64,000 nucleotides of DNA from Veleropilina oligotropha (Eukaryota): NCBI GenBank assembly GCA_048128005.1, contig JBEUKZ010000112.1:248001-312000 (forward strand), given 5' to 3'. The notes under the pieces are model-generated. The model searched no databases, was not told where the DNA came from, and saw only the letters and a list, made by a program, of their open reading frames with translations. Below, in pieces: positions 23,201 through 32,717 of the stretch (its first letter is position 1; each line of letters starts with the position of its first letter). The position numbers were made by a program, and so were the translations under genes.

Positions 23201-26200
23201 CTCCAATTCAGGGACCAGTTTACAGGCACTCGCAAACACAGCATCTACCCACACACCAAATTTCAGCTTTCTACCCGCCATATCATCGAATTAGGTCAAT
23301 TACTGCCGAACCAGTGGCGCCACTTAGCTGAAAAGTTTACAGGCGCTTAATAAACACCATATCTACCTGCAAACCAAATTTCAGCTTTCTACCCCAAAAA
23401 TCTTCGAATTAGGTCAATTACTGCCGAACCAGTGGCGCCACCTAGCTGAAAAATGTACAGGCGCTTAATAAACACCATATCTACCTGCAAACCAAATTTC
23501 AGCTTTCTACCCCCAAAATCATGGAATTAGGTCAATTACAGCTAACTGGGTCATCTGAGGTCAAAGGTCATGGTCATTTTTGAAAGCTTACCCATGACTT
23601 CCCATAGGCTCCCCATTGTAACTATATGTCTAAGATGCACCGTTTACAAGATACAGCCCCTTGAAACAATTTCCATAATGGCGTCCGATTTCCGCCATCT
23701 TGGAAATGCGATGTCAAATACGTTCCCACTACCCATTGCACTCCATCCCCTGCGTTTTTCCGAGTTCGGCAATTTTTCGCTAATTAGGTCACTGAGGTCA
23801 AAGGTCAAGGTCATTTTCGAAAGTTTACCCATGACTTCCCATAACCTCCCCATAGTAACTATATATATGTCTAAGATGCACCGTTTACAAGATATAGCCC
23901 CTTGAAACATTTTCAGTAATGGCGTCCAAGTCAGCTGGTGGGAAAAAGGAGAGAAAATAAATAATGATAATTATAAATATATAGAACTGGTCACTGGGAC
24001 TGAGTACATGCGTGTAGAGTCAATAAATCAGCATCATAAACTGCCTACACCAGGCAGCCTTTACGACATCTGCAAGACCAGATCATAAAATGCCACAACT
24101 TCATTCATGATAACATCATAAATGCTGTAATCGCCTTCCTAAGACTGTAGTAGGAATAAAAATATGTCTTATAAACATAAAAAATATTGATCATATGCAT
24201 GCCAAAATTTCCAATTAAAATGATCTTAATACAGTATAGTTTCAGTGAAAATTTAACTTAAATCGGATAATGGTGACCGCTGAAATAAAAAAGTGTGATT
24301 TTTTCAAAATTATTGAGAGATTCATATGGCCGTAACTGCCTTGCTTTTGTACCGATAACATTTTCGCTTTCAAACATTGTTCTTCACATAGTGAAGATCA
24401 TTATTTAGGAACATCGCGTAGCTCACTTTAGCCGTTTGGCCGAAGAAGATGGTATAAAAAGGTGCTTTTTTAAAGAAAAAACCTTAATTGCCGCTAAGCC
24501 AGTGGCGCCGCATAGCAGAAATTAAGTGCGAATGAACTTCAGTACCATAGCTACATGTTTACCATTTTTAGAGTTTTTGATTTAAGCGGTTTGGCAGTTA
24601 TCACTGGTACAAAACTCAGATGGAATAATAATAATAATAAACAAAATAGCAAAAACAATAGGGCTCCAGCTGAAGCTGTTGGAGCCCTAATAACATATGA
24701 AATTAGTGTTTGTGGACATATAAATTTTGGGTAAAGTTGACGTTTAAATTAAATATTAAAGTGAATGTACGTTGCTTCATGACATTATTGCATACATGTT
24801 ATTTGTTGATGCTTATATTGATTCCACCTTTTACTCTAGCAAATATAATTTTGTATAAATATTGAATGAACTTGTTGTGTTTGGACATAGAAATTTAGGT
24901 TCAAGTTTATATCAGAGAGATTGCGGAAGGCGGTGGATAAATCAGTTTTCTAACAGTCTCTTGTACTTCATGTTGTAAGTTATAGAGTTGATTGGTAGCT
25001 TAATAAAAGATGTTTGGAATTTAAAATATGATATGAATGTCTCAGGAATCTAGTTTATGAAGGATTACTGCTAAACATGGATATGATGGTAAAGCGCAGA
25101 AGGCATCCCATACATCAGTGTAGCCTGAATATTTTAATCAAATATGATTGATGGCAGTCCTATTATGAAGAAATCGTAAGTTGCCATGTATTTTAAAGGT
25201 ATATTGTGCAATGATCGATATCTTCTGCCAAAATGAGACCTTTTATAAATCGATTGCAAGTTACGTTTTCATGGTAACAACAGATTCAGTTCTCTTCGCA
25301 TTAGTATCTTATATTATTGTCTCGCCCCGAAGGGAAAGCGAGACTTAGGGATTACATTTTCCGGAGTCGTCGGCGTCGTGTCATTTTCGGTTAAAGTTTT
25401 TTCGGTTAAAGTTTTTCATTGAATGGAATTTTCTGATGCATTGATATATATATTTAAAGGGCGAGACATATCGGACCGTGGTTCTTGTTAGTATTAGTAT
25501 CTTATATTATGAGAAACATTTGATATACTTGTGAACAAGTTGAAAATTATACTAACTTCAAAATATATCCAGAATGGTGTCTTAAATTCCTTGGTCATGC
25601 TTGTCATATGTGTTCATGGATCCCAGCTAACTGTTGGCCTGCAAGTATTTGTCATGCTTGTCATATGTGTTCATGGATCCCAGCTAACTGTTGGCCTGCA
25701 AGTATTTGTCATGCTTGCCATATGTGTTCATGGATCCCAGCTAACTGTTGGCCTGCAAGTATTTGTCATGCTTGCCATATGTGTTCATGGATCCCAGCTA
25801 ACTGTTGGCCTGCAAGTATTTGTCATGCTTGCCATATGTGTTCATGGATCCCAGCTAACTGTTGGCCTGCAAGTATTTGTCATGCTTGCCATATGTGTTC
25901 ATGGATCCCAGCTAACTGTTGGCCTGCAAGTATTTGTCATGCTTGTCATATGTGTTCATGGATCCCAGCTAACTGTTGGCCTGCAAGTATTTGTCATGCT
26001 TGTCATATGTGTTCATGGATCCCAGCTAACTGTTGGCCTGCAAGTATTTGTCATGCTTGCCATATGTGTTCATGGATCCCAGCTAACTGTTGGCCTGCAA
26101 GTATTTGTCATGCTTGTCATATGTGTTCATGGATCCCAGCTAACTGTTGGCCTGCAAGTATTTGTCATGCTTGTCATATGTGTTCATGGATCCCAGCTAA

Positions 26201-29200
26201 CTGTTGGCCTGCAAGTATTTGTCATGCTTGTCATATGTGTTCATGGATCCCAGCTAACTGTTGGCCTGCAAGTATTTGTCATGCTTGCCATATGTGTTCA
26301 TGGATCCCAGCTAACTGTTGGCCTGCAAGTATTTGTCATGCTTGCCATATGTGTTCATGGATCCCAGCTAACTGTTGGCCTGCAAGTATTTGTCATGCTT
26401 GTCATATGTGTTCATGGATCCCAGCTAACTGTTGGCCTGCAAGTATTTGTCATGCTTGTCCATATGTGTTCATGGATCCCAGCTAACTGTTGGCCTGCAA
26501 GTATTTGTCATGCTTGCCATATGTGTTCATGGATCCCAGCTAACTGTTGGCCTGCAAGTATTTGTCATGCTTGCCATATGTGTTCATGGATCCCAGCTAA
26601 CTGTTGGCCTGCAAGTATTTGTCATGCTTGCCATATGTGTTCATGGATCCCAGCTAACTGTTGGCCTGCAAGTATTTGTCATGCTTGCCATATGTGTTCA
26701 TGGATCCCAGCTAACTGTTGGCCTGCAAGTATTTGTCATGCTTGTCATATGTGTTCATGGATCCCAGCTAACTGTTGGCCTGCAAGTATTTGTCATGCTT
26801 GTCATATGTGTTCATGGATCCCAGCTAACTGTTGGCCTGCAAGTATTTGTCATGCTTGCCATATGTGTTCATGGATCCCAGCTAACTGTTGGCCTGCAAG
26901 TATTTGTCATGCTTGCCATATGTGTTCATGGATCCCAGCTAACTGTTGGCCTGCAAGTATTTGTCATGCTTGCCATATGTGTTCATGGATCCCAGCTAAC
27001 TGTTGGCCTGCAAGTATTTGTCATGCTTGCCATATGTGTTCATGGATCCCAGCTAACTGTTGGCCTGCAAGTATTTGTCATGCTTGCCATATGTGTTCAT
27101 GGATCCCAGCTAACTGTTGGCCTGCAAGTATTTGTCATGCTTGCCATATGTGTTCATGGATCCCAGCTAACTGTTGGCCTGCAAGTATTTGTCATGCTTG
27201 CCATATGTGTTCATGGATCCCAGCTAACTGTTGGCCTGCAAGTATTTGTCATGCTTGCCATATGTGTTCATGGATCCCAGCTAACTGTTGGCCTGCAAGT
27301 ATTTGTCATGCTTGCCATATGTGTTCATGGATCCCAGCTAACTGTTGGCCTGCAAGTATTTGTCATGCTTGCCATATGTGTTCATGGATCCCAGCTAACT
27401 GTTGGCCTGCAAGTATTTGTCATGCTTGCCATATGTGTTCATGGATCCCAGCTAACTGTTGGCCTGCAAGTATTTGTCATGCTTGCCATATGTGTTCATG
27501 GATCCCAGCTAACTGTTGGCCTGCAAGTATTTGTCATGCTTGCCATATGTGTTCATGGATCCCAGCTAACTGTTGGCCTGCAAGTATTTGTCATGCTTGC
27601 CATATGTGTTCATGGATCCCAGCTAACTGTTGGCCTGCAAGTATTTGTCATGCTTGCCATATGTGTTCATGGATCCCAGCTAACTGTTGGCCTGCAAGTA
27701 TTTGTCATGCTTGCCATATGTGTTCATGGATCCCAGCTAACTGTTGGCCTGCAAGTATTTGTCATGCTTGCCATATGTGTTCATGGATCCCAGCTAACTG
27801 TTGGCCTGCAAGTATTTGTCATGCTTGCCATATGTGTTCATGGATCCCAGCTAACTGTTGGCCTGCAAGTATTTGTCATGCTTGCCATATGTGTTCACGG
27901 ATCCCAGCTAACTGTTGGCCTGCAAGTATTTGTCATGCTTGCCATATGTGTTCATGGATCCCAGCTAACTGTTGGCCTGCAAGTATTTGTCATGCTTGCC
28001 ATATGTGTTCATGGATCCCAGCTAACTGTTGGCCTGCAAGTATTTGTCATGCTTGCCATATGTGTTCATGGATCCCAGCTAACTGTTGGCCTGCAAGTAT
28101 TTGTCATGCTTGCCATATGTGTTCATGGATCCCAGCTAACTGTTGGCCTGCAAGTATTTGTCATGCTTGCCATATGTGTTCATGGATCCCAGCTAACTGT
28201 TGGCCTGCAAGTATTTGTCATGCTTGTCATATGTGTTCATGGATCCCAGCTAACTGTTGGCCTGCAAGTATTTGTCATGCTTGCCATATGTGTTCATGGA
28301 TCCCAGCTAACTGTTGGCCTGCAAGTATTTGTCATGCTTGCCATATGTGTTCATGGATCCCAGCTAACTGTTGGCCTGCAAGTATTTGTCATGCTTGTCA
28401 TATGTGTTCATGGATCCCAGCTAACTGTTGGCCTGCAAGTATTTGTCATGCTTGTCATATGTGTTCATGGATCCCAGCTAACTGTTGGCCTGCAAGTATT
28501 TGTCATGCTTGTCATATGTGTTCATGGATCCCAGCTAACTGTTGGCCTGCAAGTATTTGTCATGCTTGCCATATGTGTTCATGGATCCCAGCTAACTGTT
28601 GGCCTGCAAGTATTTGTCATGCTTGCCATATGTGTTCATGGATCCCAGCTAACTGTTGGCCTGCAAGTATTTGTCATGCTTGTCATATGTGTTCATGGAT
28701 CCCAGCTAACTGTTGGCCTGCAAGTATTTGTCATGCTTGCCATATGTGTTCATGGATCCCAGCTAACTGTTGGCCTGCAAGTATTTGTCATGCTTGTCAT
28801 ATGTGTTCATGGATCCCAGCTAACTGTTGGCCTGCAAGTATTTGTCATGCTTGTCATATGTGTTCATGGATCCCAGCTAACTGTTGGCCTGCAAGTATTT
28901 GTCATGCTTGCCATATGTGTTCATGGATCCCAGCTAACTGTTGGCCTGCAAGTATTTGTCATGCTTGCCATATGTGTTCATGGATCCCAGCTAACTGTTG
29001 GCCTGCAAGTATTTGTCATGCTTGTCATATGTGTTCATGGATCCCAGCTAACTGTTGGCCTGCAAGTATTTGTCATGCTTGCCATATGTGTTCATGGATC
29101 CCAGCTAACTGTTGGCCTGCAAGTATTTGTCATGCTTGCCATATGTGTTCATGGATCCCAGCTAACTGTTGGCCTGCAAGTATTTGTCATGCTTGCCATA

Positions 29201-29314
29201 TGTGTTCATGGATCCCAGCTAACTGTTTGCCTGCAAGTATTTGTCATTATTTGGGTCCATGCTAAATTATAATCCATCGATGATTTTTTTATCATTTCAG
29301 GGAACCGAAAGTGA
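5223..29314 (+). CDS. HMMR: Hyaluronan-mediated motility receptor (RHAMM), 5'-partial, 17 coding exons
   Basis: Exons 5223-5296, 5433-5716, 8463-8549, 10224-10340, 10684-10754, 11092-11240, 12504-13042, 13742-14164, 14678-14899, 15695-15853, 17559-17717, 18275-18424, 18867-19022, 19791-19882, 20860-20993, 22427-22583, 29301-29314. All GT-AG, phases compatible, one open coiled-coil frame. C-terminus WRTLFEELQIKVTPF..FEMEKQILL..YAKLLGHQNQKQKIRHVIKLKEE..FDPSKSF..KEN..PLKDGNRK* matches the HMMR C-terminal signature. Confidence 0.9.
5433..5716 (+). CDS. HMMR: HMMR coding exon (phase 0-2)
   Basis: tttcAG / GTgagt; VVQESVLRHIQ...ALQAY, coiled coil. Confidence 0.82.
5890..8457. repeat. 39-bp intronic minisatellite (about 59 units), interrupted by a SINE
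   Basis: Unit TTGTCTGTTCTAGTTGTCGTCATCTTTCTGTCTCCTGCA; stop-free in several frames, giving artefact ORFs. Confidence 0.97.
6190..6450 (+). mobile_element. tRNA-derived SINE family A, (CCT)n tail
   Basis: A-box TAGCGCAGTGG, B-box GGATCGACCCC; 11-bp TSD CTGTTCTAGTT at 6179-6189 and 6451-6461; many copies in the window. Confidence 0.9.
8463..8549 (+). CDS. HMMR: HMMR coding exon (phase 2-2)
   Basis: ctatAG / GTaaga; DALLDHVEGLEETILQLSDNNEEYEEKI. Confidence 0.82.
9210..10010 (+). mobile_element. HINE/Helentron-type non-autonomous element, family H1
   Basis: 5' T-run plus CCCC hairpin, GTCC microsatellite, 3' GCGGGAGATGAATCTGTTTTCTAACGGGCTCTTGT; paralogues at 22641-24964 and 52743-55581. Confidence 0.75.
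10224..10340 (+). CDS. HMMR: HMMR coding exon (phase 2-2)
   Basis: ttatAG / GTgagt; HLKGELFASKDDQEQGQQTVFEMKAEIATLLEKIDRLD. Confidence 0.82.
10684..10754 (+). CDS. HMMR: HMMR coding exon (phase 2-1)
   Basis: ttgtAG / GTaaga; TEEMLNINIRNMSDKFQGLERLH. Confidence 0.8.
11092..11240 (+). CDS. HMMR: HMMR coding exon (phase 1-0)
   Basis: ttccAG / GTagga; EHQIIHSIEMEKM...LNAEK. Confidence 0.82.
12019..12300. mobile_element. CAGGG...CCCTG MITE with 6-bp TSD
   Basis: ATTATA at 12013-12018 and 12301-12306; internal CCTGGAA subrepeats. Confidence 0.6.
12504..13042 (+). CDS. HMMR: HMMR coding exon (phase 0-2)
   Basis: ttgcAG / GTgtgt; lies within the 201-aa coiled-coil ORF 12498-13103. Confidence 0.85.
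13742..14164 (+). CDS. HMMR: HMMR coding exon (phase 2-2)
   Basis: ttgcAG / GTgggt; LGNVKQNEDVKLKQEISNYKSKF...SSEYS. Confidence 0.85.
14678..14899 (+). CDS. HMMR: HMMR coding exon (phase 2-2)
   Basis: ttttAG / GTaacg; FKDEAMKDISQ...ALQEHH. Confidence 0.85.
15695..15853 (+). CDS. HMMR: HMMR coding exon (159 bp, phase 2-2)
   Basis: tttcAG / GTgaga; YKADMEKLNHLLKSQLAEVESEN...IQEDLD. Confidence 0.83.
16465..17050 (-). mobile_element. tRNA-derived SINE family B (CORE-like centre, (ATT)n tail)
   Basis: Minus strand: TGGCTCAGTGG head, CTTGGGCAAG...CCACCCAG...AATGGGTA centre, TGCGCTATATAAGA tail; close paralogue at 57960-58284. Confidence 0.8.
16481..16733 (-). mobile_element. SINE family A, inserted in the tail of a SINE family B copy
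   Basis: Reverse complement of 6190-6450; TSD GATAATGTAAC at 16470-16480 and 16734-16744. Confidence 0.9.
17032..17308. repeat. 29-bp tandem repeat of the SINE-B 5' end and flank (about 9-10 units)
   Basis: Unit AACCCACTGAGCCACGACTTCGTCGAGTT. Confidence 0.9.
17559..17717 (+). CDS. HMMR: HMMR coding exon (159 bp, phase 2-2; paralogous to the previous exon)
   Basis: cttcAG / GTaagc; YKSEMNQLVQLLRLQLEEASIEN...IRDELE. Confidence 0.83.
18275..18424 (+). CDS. HMMR: HMMR coding exon (phase 2-2)
   Basis: tctcAG / GTaagc; FRASTECCIQELN...EEKHR. Confidence 0.83.
18867..19022 (+). CDS. HMMR: HMMR coding exon (phase 2-2)
   Basis: ctgcAG / GTgaga; YQIETESLLQEADEHM...QEDVQ. Confidence 0.85.
19791..19882 (+). 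CDS. HMMR: HMMR coding exon (phase 2-1)
   Basis: tgtcAG / GTaatt; WRTLFEELQIKVTPFMDQIDMFEMEKQILL. Confidence 0.9.
19959..20471. mobile_element. Hairpin-ended non-autonomous element (Crypton-like architecture)
   Basis: TTTATCACATGAC / GTCATGTGATAAA inverted pair plus a long terminal palindrome around CGCCAAGGCTCG; inverted paralogue at 61114-61640. Confidence 0.6.
20860..20993 (+). CDS. HMMR: HMMR coding exon, basic leucine-zipper-like motif (phase 1-0)
   Basis: cttcAG / GTaggt; YAKLLGHQNQKQKIRHVIKLKEESNSMKM. Confidence 0.92.
21248..21294 (-). ncRNA. Minimal type I hammerhead ribozyme (second, inverted copy)
   Basis: Reverse complement reads GCTACA-CTGATGA-A-GTGACC gcgat GGTTAC-GAAA-GC-TC-TGTTCAGC. 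Confidence 0.78.
22030..22076 (+). ncRNA. Minimal type I hammerhead ribozyme (Penelope pLTR)
   Basis: CTCTACA-CTGATGA-A-GTGACC ccgat GGTTAC-GAAA-GC-TC-TGTTGAG: catalytic core, stem II, stem I, and palindromic AGCT in place of stem III. Confidence 0.78.
22427..22583 (+). CDS. HMMR: HMMR coding exon (phase 0-1)
   Basis: ttgcAG / GTaagc; EVGKLREQ...FDPSKSFMAKENAVPQSPLKD. Confidence 0.9.
22641..24964 (+). mobile_element. HINE family H1 copy, split by a nested element
   Basis: Collinear with 9210-10010 on both sides of 23177-24690. Confidence 0.75.
23177..24690 (-). mobile_element. DINE-1/HINE-like element with internal tandem repeats
   Basis: Subterminal inverted repeat TTAGGGCTCCAA / TTGGAGCCCTAA, terminal hairpin AAAGCTGCAAGCAGCT, (AAT)n microsatellite, ~119-bp and ~240-bp internal duplications. 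Confidence 0.72.
25318..25490 (+). mobile_element. Short HINE-like element
   Basis: TGTCTCGCCC ... GGGCGAGACA subterminal inverted repeat, 5' hairpin GTCTCGC/GCGAGAC, end CTTGTT. Confidence 0.6.
25594..29247. repeat. 57-bp minisatellite, about 64 nearly identical units, in the last HMMR intron
   Basis: Unit TTGTCATGCTTGYCATATGTGTTCATGGATCCCAGCTAACTGTTGGCCTGCAAGTAT. Confidence 0.98.
29301..29314 (+). CDS. HMMR: HMMR terminal coding exon (GNRK*), followed by AT-rich 3' UTR
   Basis: tttttttatcatttcAG then GG AAC CGA AAG TGA; completes PLKDGN, like vertebrate PLKEGN. Confidence 0.72.
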
Positions 29315-30595
29315 TGTCTGCTTTAGCATTTGATATGGGAAAGGTGAAAAGTATTTATTGTATTTTATCGATTCTACTCCATGATGAATTGAAAGCAACA
29401 AAGCATTTGCTGTGACATGTGTTCCATTTCACATGTCAAATATTGTCAGTGATTGTTATCACATGTTGTCTATTCTCTGGCAAACGTATGAATAATCCCA
29501 TAGACAACCAACGGTACAATATAGTATCTCTACTTGATAGCAATAAGTAATGGGATGTACGTTGTGGGACTTGAAAGTCATTGTAAATGCACTCTACCTC
29601 AATTGTATTGTCTCGATAATCAGACGTACATTTTATAATTTAAATGAATCATTAACCGCATAGCCACCGGAGCGCAGTATACTGCGTCTTGGCCCAATGT
29701 ACCTCTTGACTGATAAAGATATAGAAATTGCATTGCTTGGCCACGTTCAGTTTCTGATTAAAATGACTAGTAATAATTACTCTATCATTTAGAACGAGGA
29801 CAAAGAATGTAGACAACTTAAGATGCATATTATTTACGATTACCAATGGTGAATAATTATGTCATATTTTCCAAAATGGAGAGCGATCCATGCTATGTTA
29901 GATGAATTGGTGAAATCAAATGATTATAATTTTACAAATGTTAGACGATTTGAATGATATTGAATTGAATGATTTGGTTGACGGTCTTTCAGATGCGGAA
30001 AATGATTCCAATAATTATGTACCAGTTAAACCCCCCTCCCCTCTTCTGACAGGGAATCTGAGCCATCTTATAATAAAGTAAATGAGCATTATAATAAGAC
30101 CATGTGGTATATTAGCAAATTTAGGCATTCCAAATTACAGTTCTTACAAATATTATTCATACATATTACATGTTTTAATAGAGCTCTATTGTGGTTTTCA
30201 GTGTATTGGTAGGTATCAAAATGCTGATTTAGATGTAGTATAATATGTTATCATTATGTCATATTTGGTAATATTGGAGTAAAATCCCTAATATTGTAAA
30301 ACAAATGCATTTCTATGTCTCCTTTTGTAGCAAATTGAATATACTATCTGAATATAAAAGATTTACAACATGATATGTGAATAAATATAAGAATATAGGG
30401 TTGGAAGTTGAAAATATCAGAATTCTTGATTATGATGGTGGTGAATATATAATGGGGTCATGCGACTTGATTTGCATTATTTAAAATGTCTCTAAATTGA
30501 AGGTCATGCAATTACTTTTCATGTAATATATATATGTTATGATATGATTATAATGGTATTAACCAACTTTTACCTAGGTACCAAAATATGTATGT

Positions 30596-31040
30596 GGCTG
30601 CTTCGGCAGTGCAGTGGGTAAGAGTGTCCACTCTAAATTCAATGGCTTGATTCCGCCAATGCGAACAGTAGTGGGTTCAATACCTGGCTGAGGCATTGAC
30701 ATTTGTTCAAGTTATGAATCACAGTTGTCCGTGACTGGCCGAAGAGGGCGGGTTTACCCGGGCGACCGGGATTTCCTCCCGCAATAACACTGACATGTCC
30801 TGCCTTGAACCTCGATGTTGTAAATATACAGGACATTAAGCATCATTCCTCCCACAGCCGGTTATGGTCATCACAGGAGGAAAGGCCGGTGGTGCAGGGA
30901 AACCCTACATCCGGTTATGGTCATCACAGGAGGAAAGGCCAGTCGTGCAGGGAAACCCTACAGTCGGTTTCCTTCCGCGATAACACGGACCTGAACCTGG
31001 ATGTTGTAAATATACAGGACATTAAGCATCATTCCTCCCT
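30596..31040 (+). mobile_element. Composite: SINE A, two inverted 53-bp minisatellite units, then a SINE A 3' fragment
   Basis: SINE 30596-30852; 30853-30965 is the reverse complement of the 52004-52738 unit; second SINE tail 30966-31040. Confidence 0.85.
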
Positions 31041-32388
31041 CCAGCAAAATATGTCGAATTTGGTCCTCAGGAAGTCGGTGGCTAGGAGGTTAAAGCAAGT
31101 ATTACAATCTATCTCAGGCAGAAGAAAGTCTTTCTTCAAGCGTCAGTTAGTCTTTATATTTTAAACACAGAGGTATAATCACTTATTATGTTGTGTTACA
31201 TTTCATTATAAAATTTAATATATGAGTGGTACGGCCAGAACACCATTTAATTTATCAAGTCAAACTATTGAGTATAACTGTAATATTTATAATATATTTG
31301 GTTACATTTTCAAACTGTTATTTTGCATGCAATATTCTTATAGATCATGTTATTGTAGATGATTCGAATATCATTAGTTGATTGGATTTTGCTATTAATT
31401 CATGTGTAATCAAAATATATTGGAATTTAGCATATACCTTTAAGTTGGCACTGACCGTGGAATATGGTTATTATCTGACAGTGGAATATGGTTATTATCT
31501 GACAGTGGAATATGGTTATTATCTGTAAAACGTATACTTGAGCATATCCTATACTTTTTTTGCATAAATTGTGTTTATAAGTACGATTTTCCATTATTGA
31601 AATGCTCTTGTGAAACTTTGTTATAAATTAACTGTTGCACTGTTATACGTCAAACCTATAGTATACATACATGTATGCAACTGCAATTTTCTTTGACTAA
31701 TAATTTATAAAAGAGCTCATGTATGACTTAGTGTTTGCAAACTAGACTGAAATTATTGAGGTACATGTATTTTCTGTTCCAAACTGTAACTGTAACGATT
31801 GGATATGGTCTTTATTAATTTACACTTGTATCATATTCATCACAGGATCTGATGAACTGTATTCATGTTGACTCCCTAAATAATGAAATGTTTATTTCAA
31901 CTATCGAATAATGTAATATTGAAGTGCTAGTTTATTAAGTGCAAGTAATTATAACTGGATTGTTATTCCTGATATCTTTTCTGTCATATATCAACATTGC
32001 CAGTAGTGGATTAAAATATTAAAAATATCTCTTGAATTCTTTCATTTTGTTCTATTGATGACTCTAAGCATATTAAGAAGGCTGTATTTTAAAAGCTTAG
32101 ATTCTCTCGACCTATACTACTACTAGTAACTAGGCTTGCTCGTACCATTCTCTACTGTTTTTATCTTGTTCCTATTCATTTTAACCTTTCTGGTGGCCGA
32201 GTGGATTAAGGTTTGCAAACAGTTAAATGGCTCCATATATGATGATGTAATGTTTGCTTGAATCGGTTACTTTTACAACCCCATTCACTCATATTGTAGT
32301 TTAAAGAGTTGATCCAAATTCACTTACTCTGATTGTGGAGAGGGTTGGAATCCTCTCATGCCAAGATGTCCTATTATAAGTTACTACG

Positions 32389-32655
32389 GTGGAGGAGGAG
32401 GAGGAATGATGCTTAGTGTCCTGTATATTTACAACATCGAGGTTCAAAGCAGGACATGTCCGCATTATCGCGGGAGGTAACCCCGGTCGCCCGGGTAAAC
32501 CCGCCCTCTTCGGCCAGTCACGGACAACTGTGATTCATAACTTGAAAAAATTCCAATGCCTCAGCCAGGTATTGAACCCACTACTGTTCGCATTAGCAGA
32601 ATCAAGCCAGTGAAGTTAGAGTGGACACTCGACCCACTGCGCTGCCGAAGCGGCC
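32389..32655 (-). mobile_element. SINE family A
   Basis: Full-length copy flanked by the direct repeat AGTTACTACGGT. Confidence 0.9.
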
Positions 32656-32717
32656 AGTTACTACGGTACTACTGTATAACCCTAATGGAAGTTAATTTCG
32701 ACAATAAAATTCAAGCC

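Noticed and set aside
25531..29272. 1244-aa and 946-aa repeat ORFs, including CxxCH-like ICHACH motifs suggestive of a multiheme protein
   Set aside because: They come from a 57-bp minisatellite with near-zero divergence, open in two frames, inside the last HMMR intron of a eukaryote; no signal of coding constraint.
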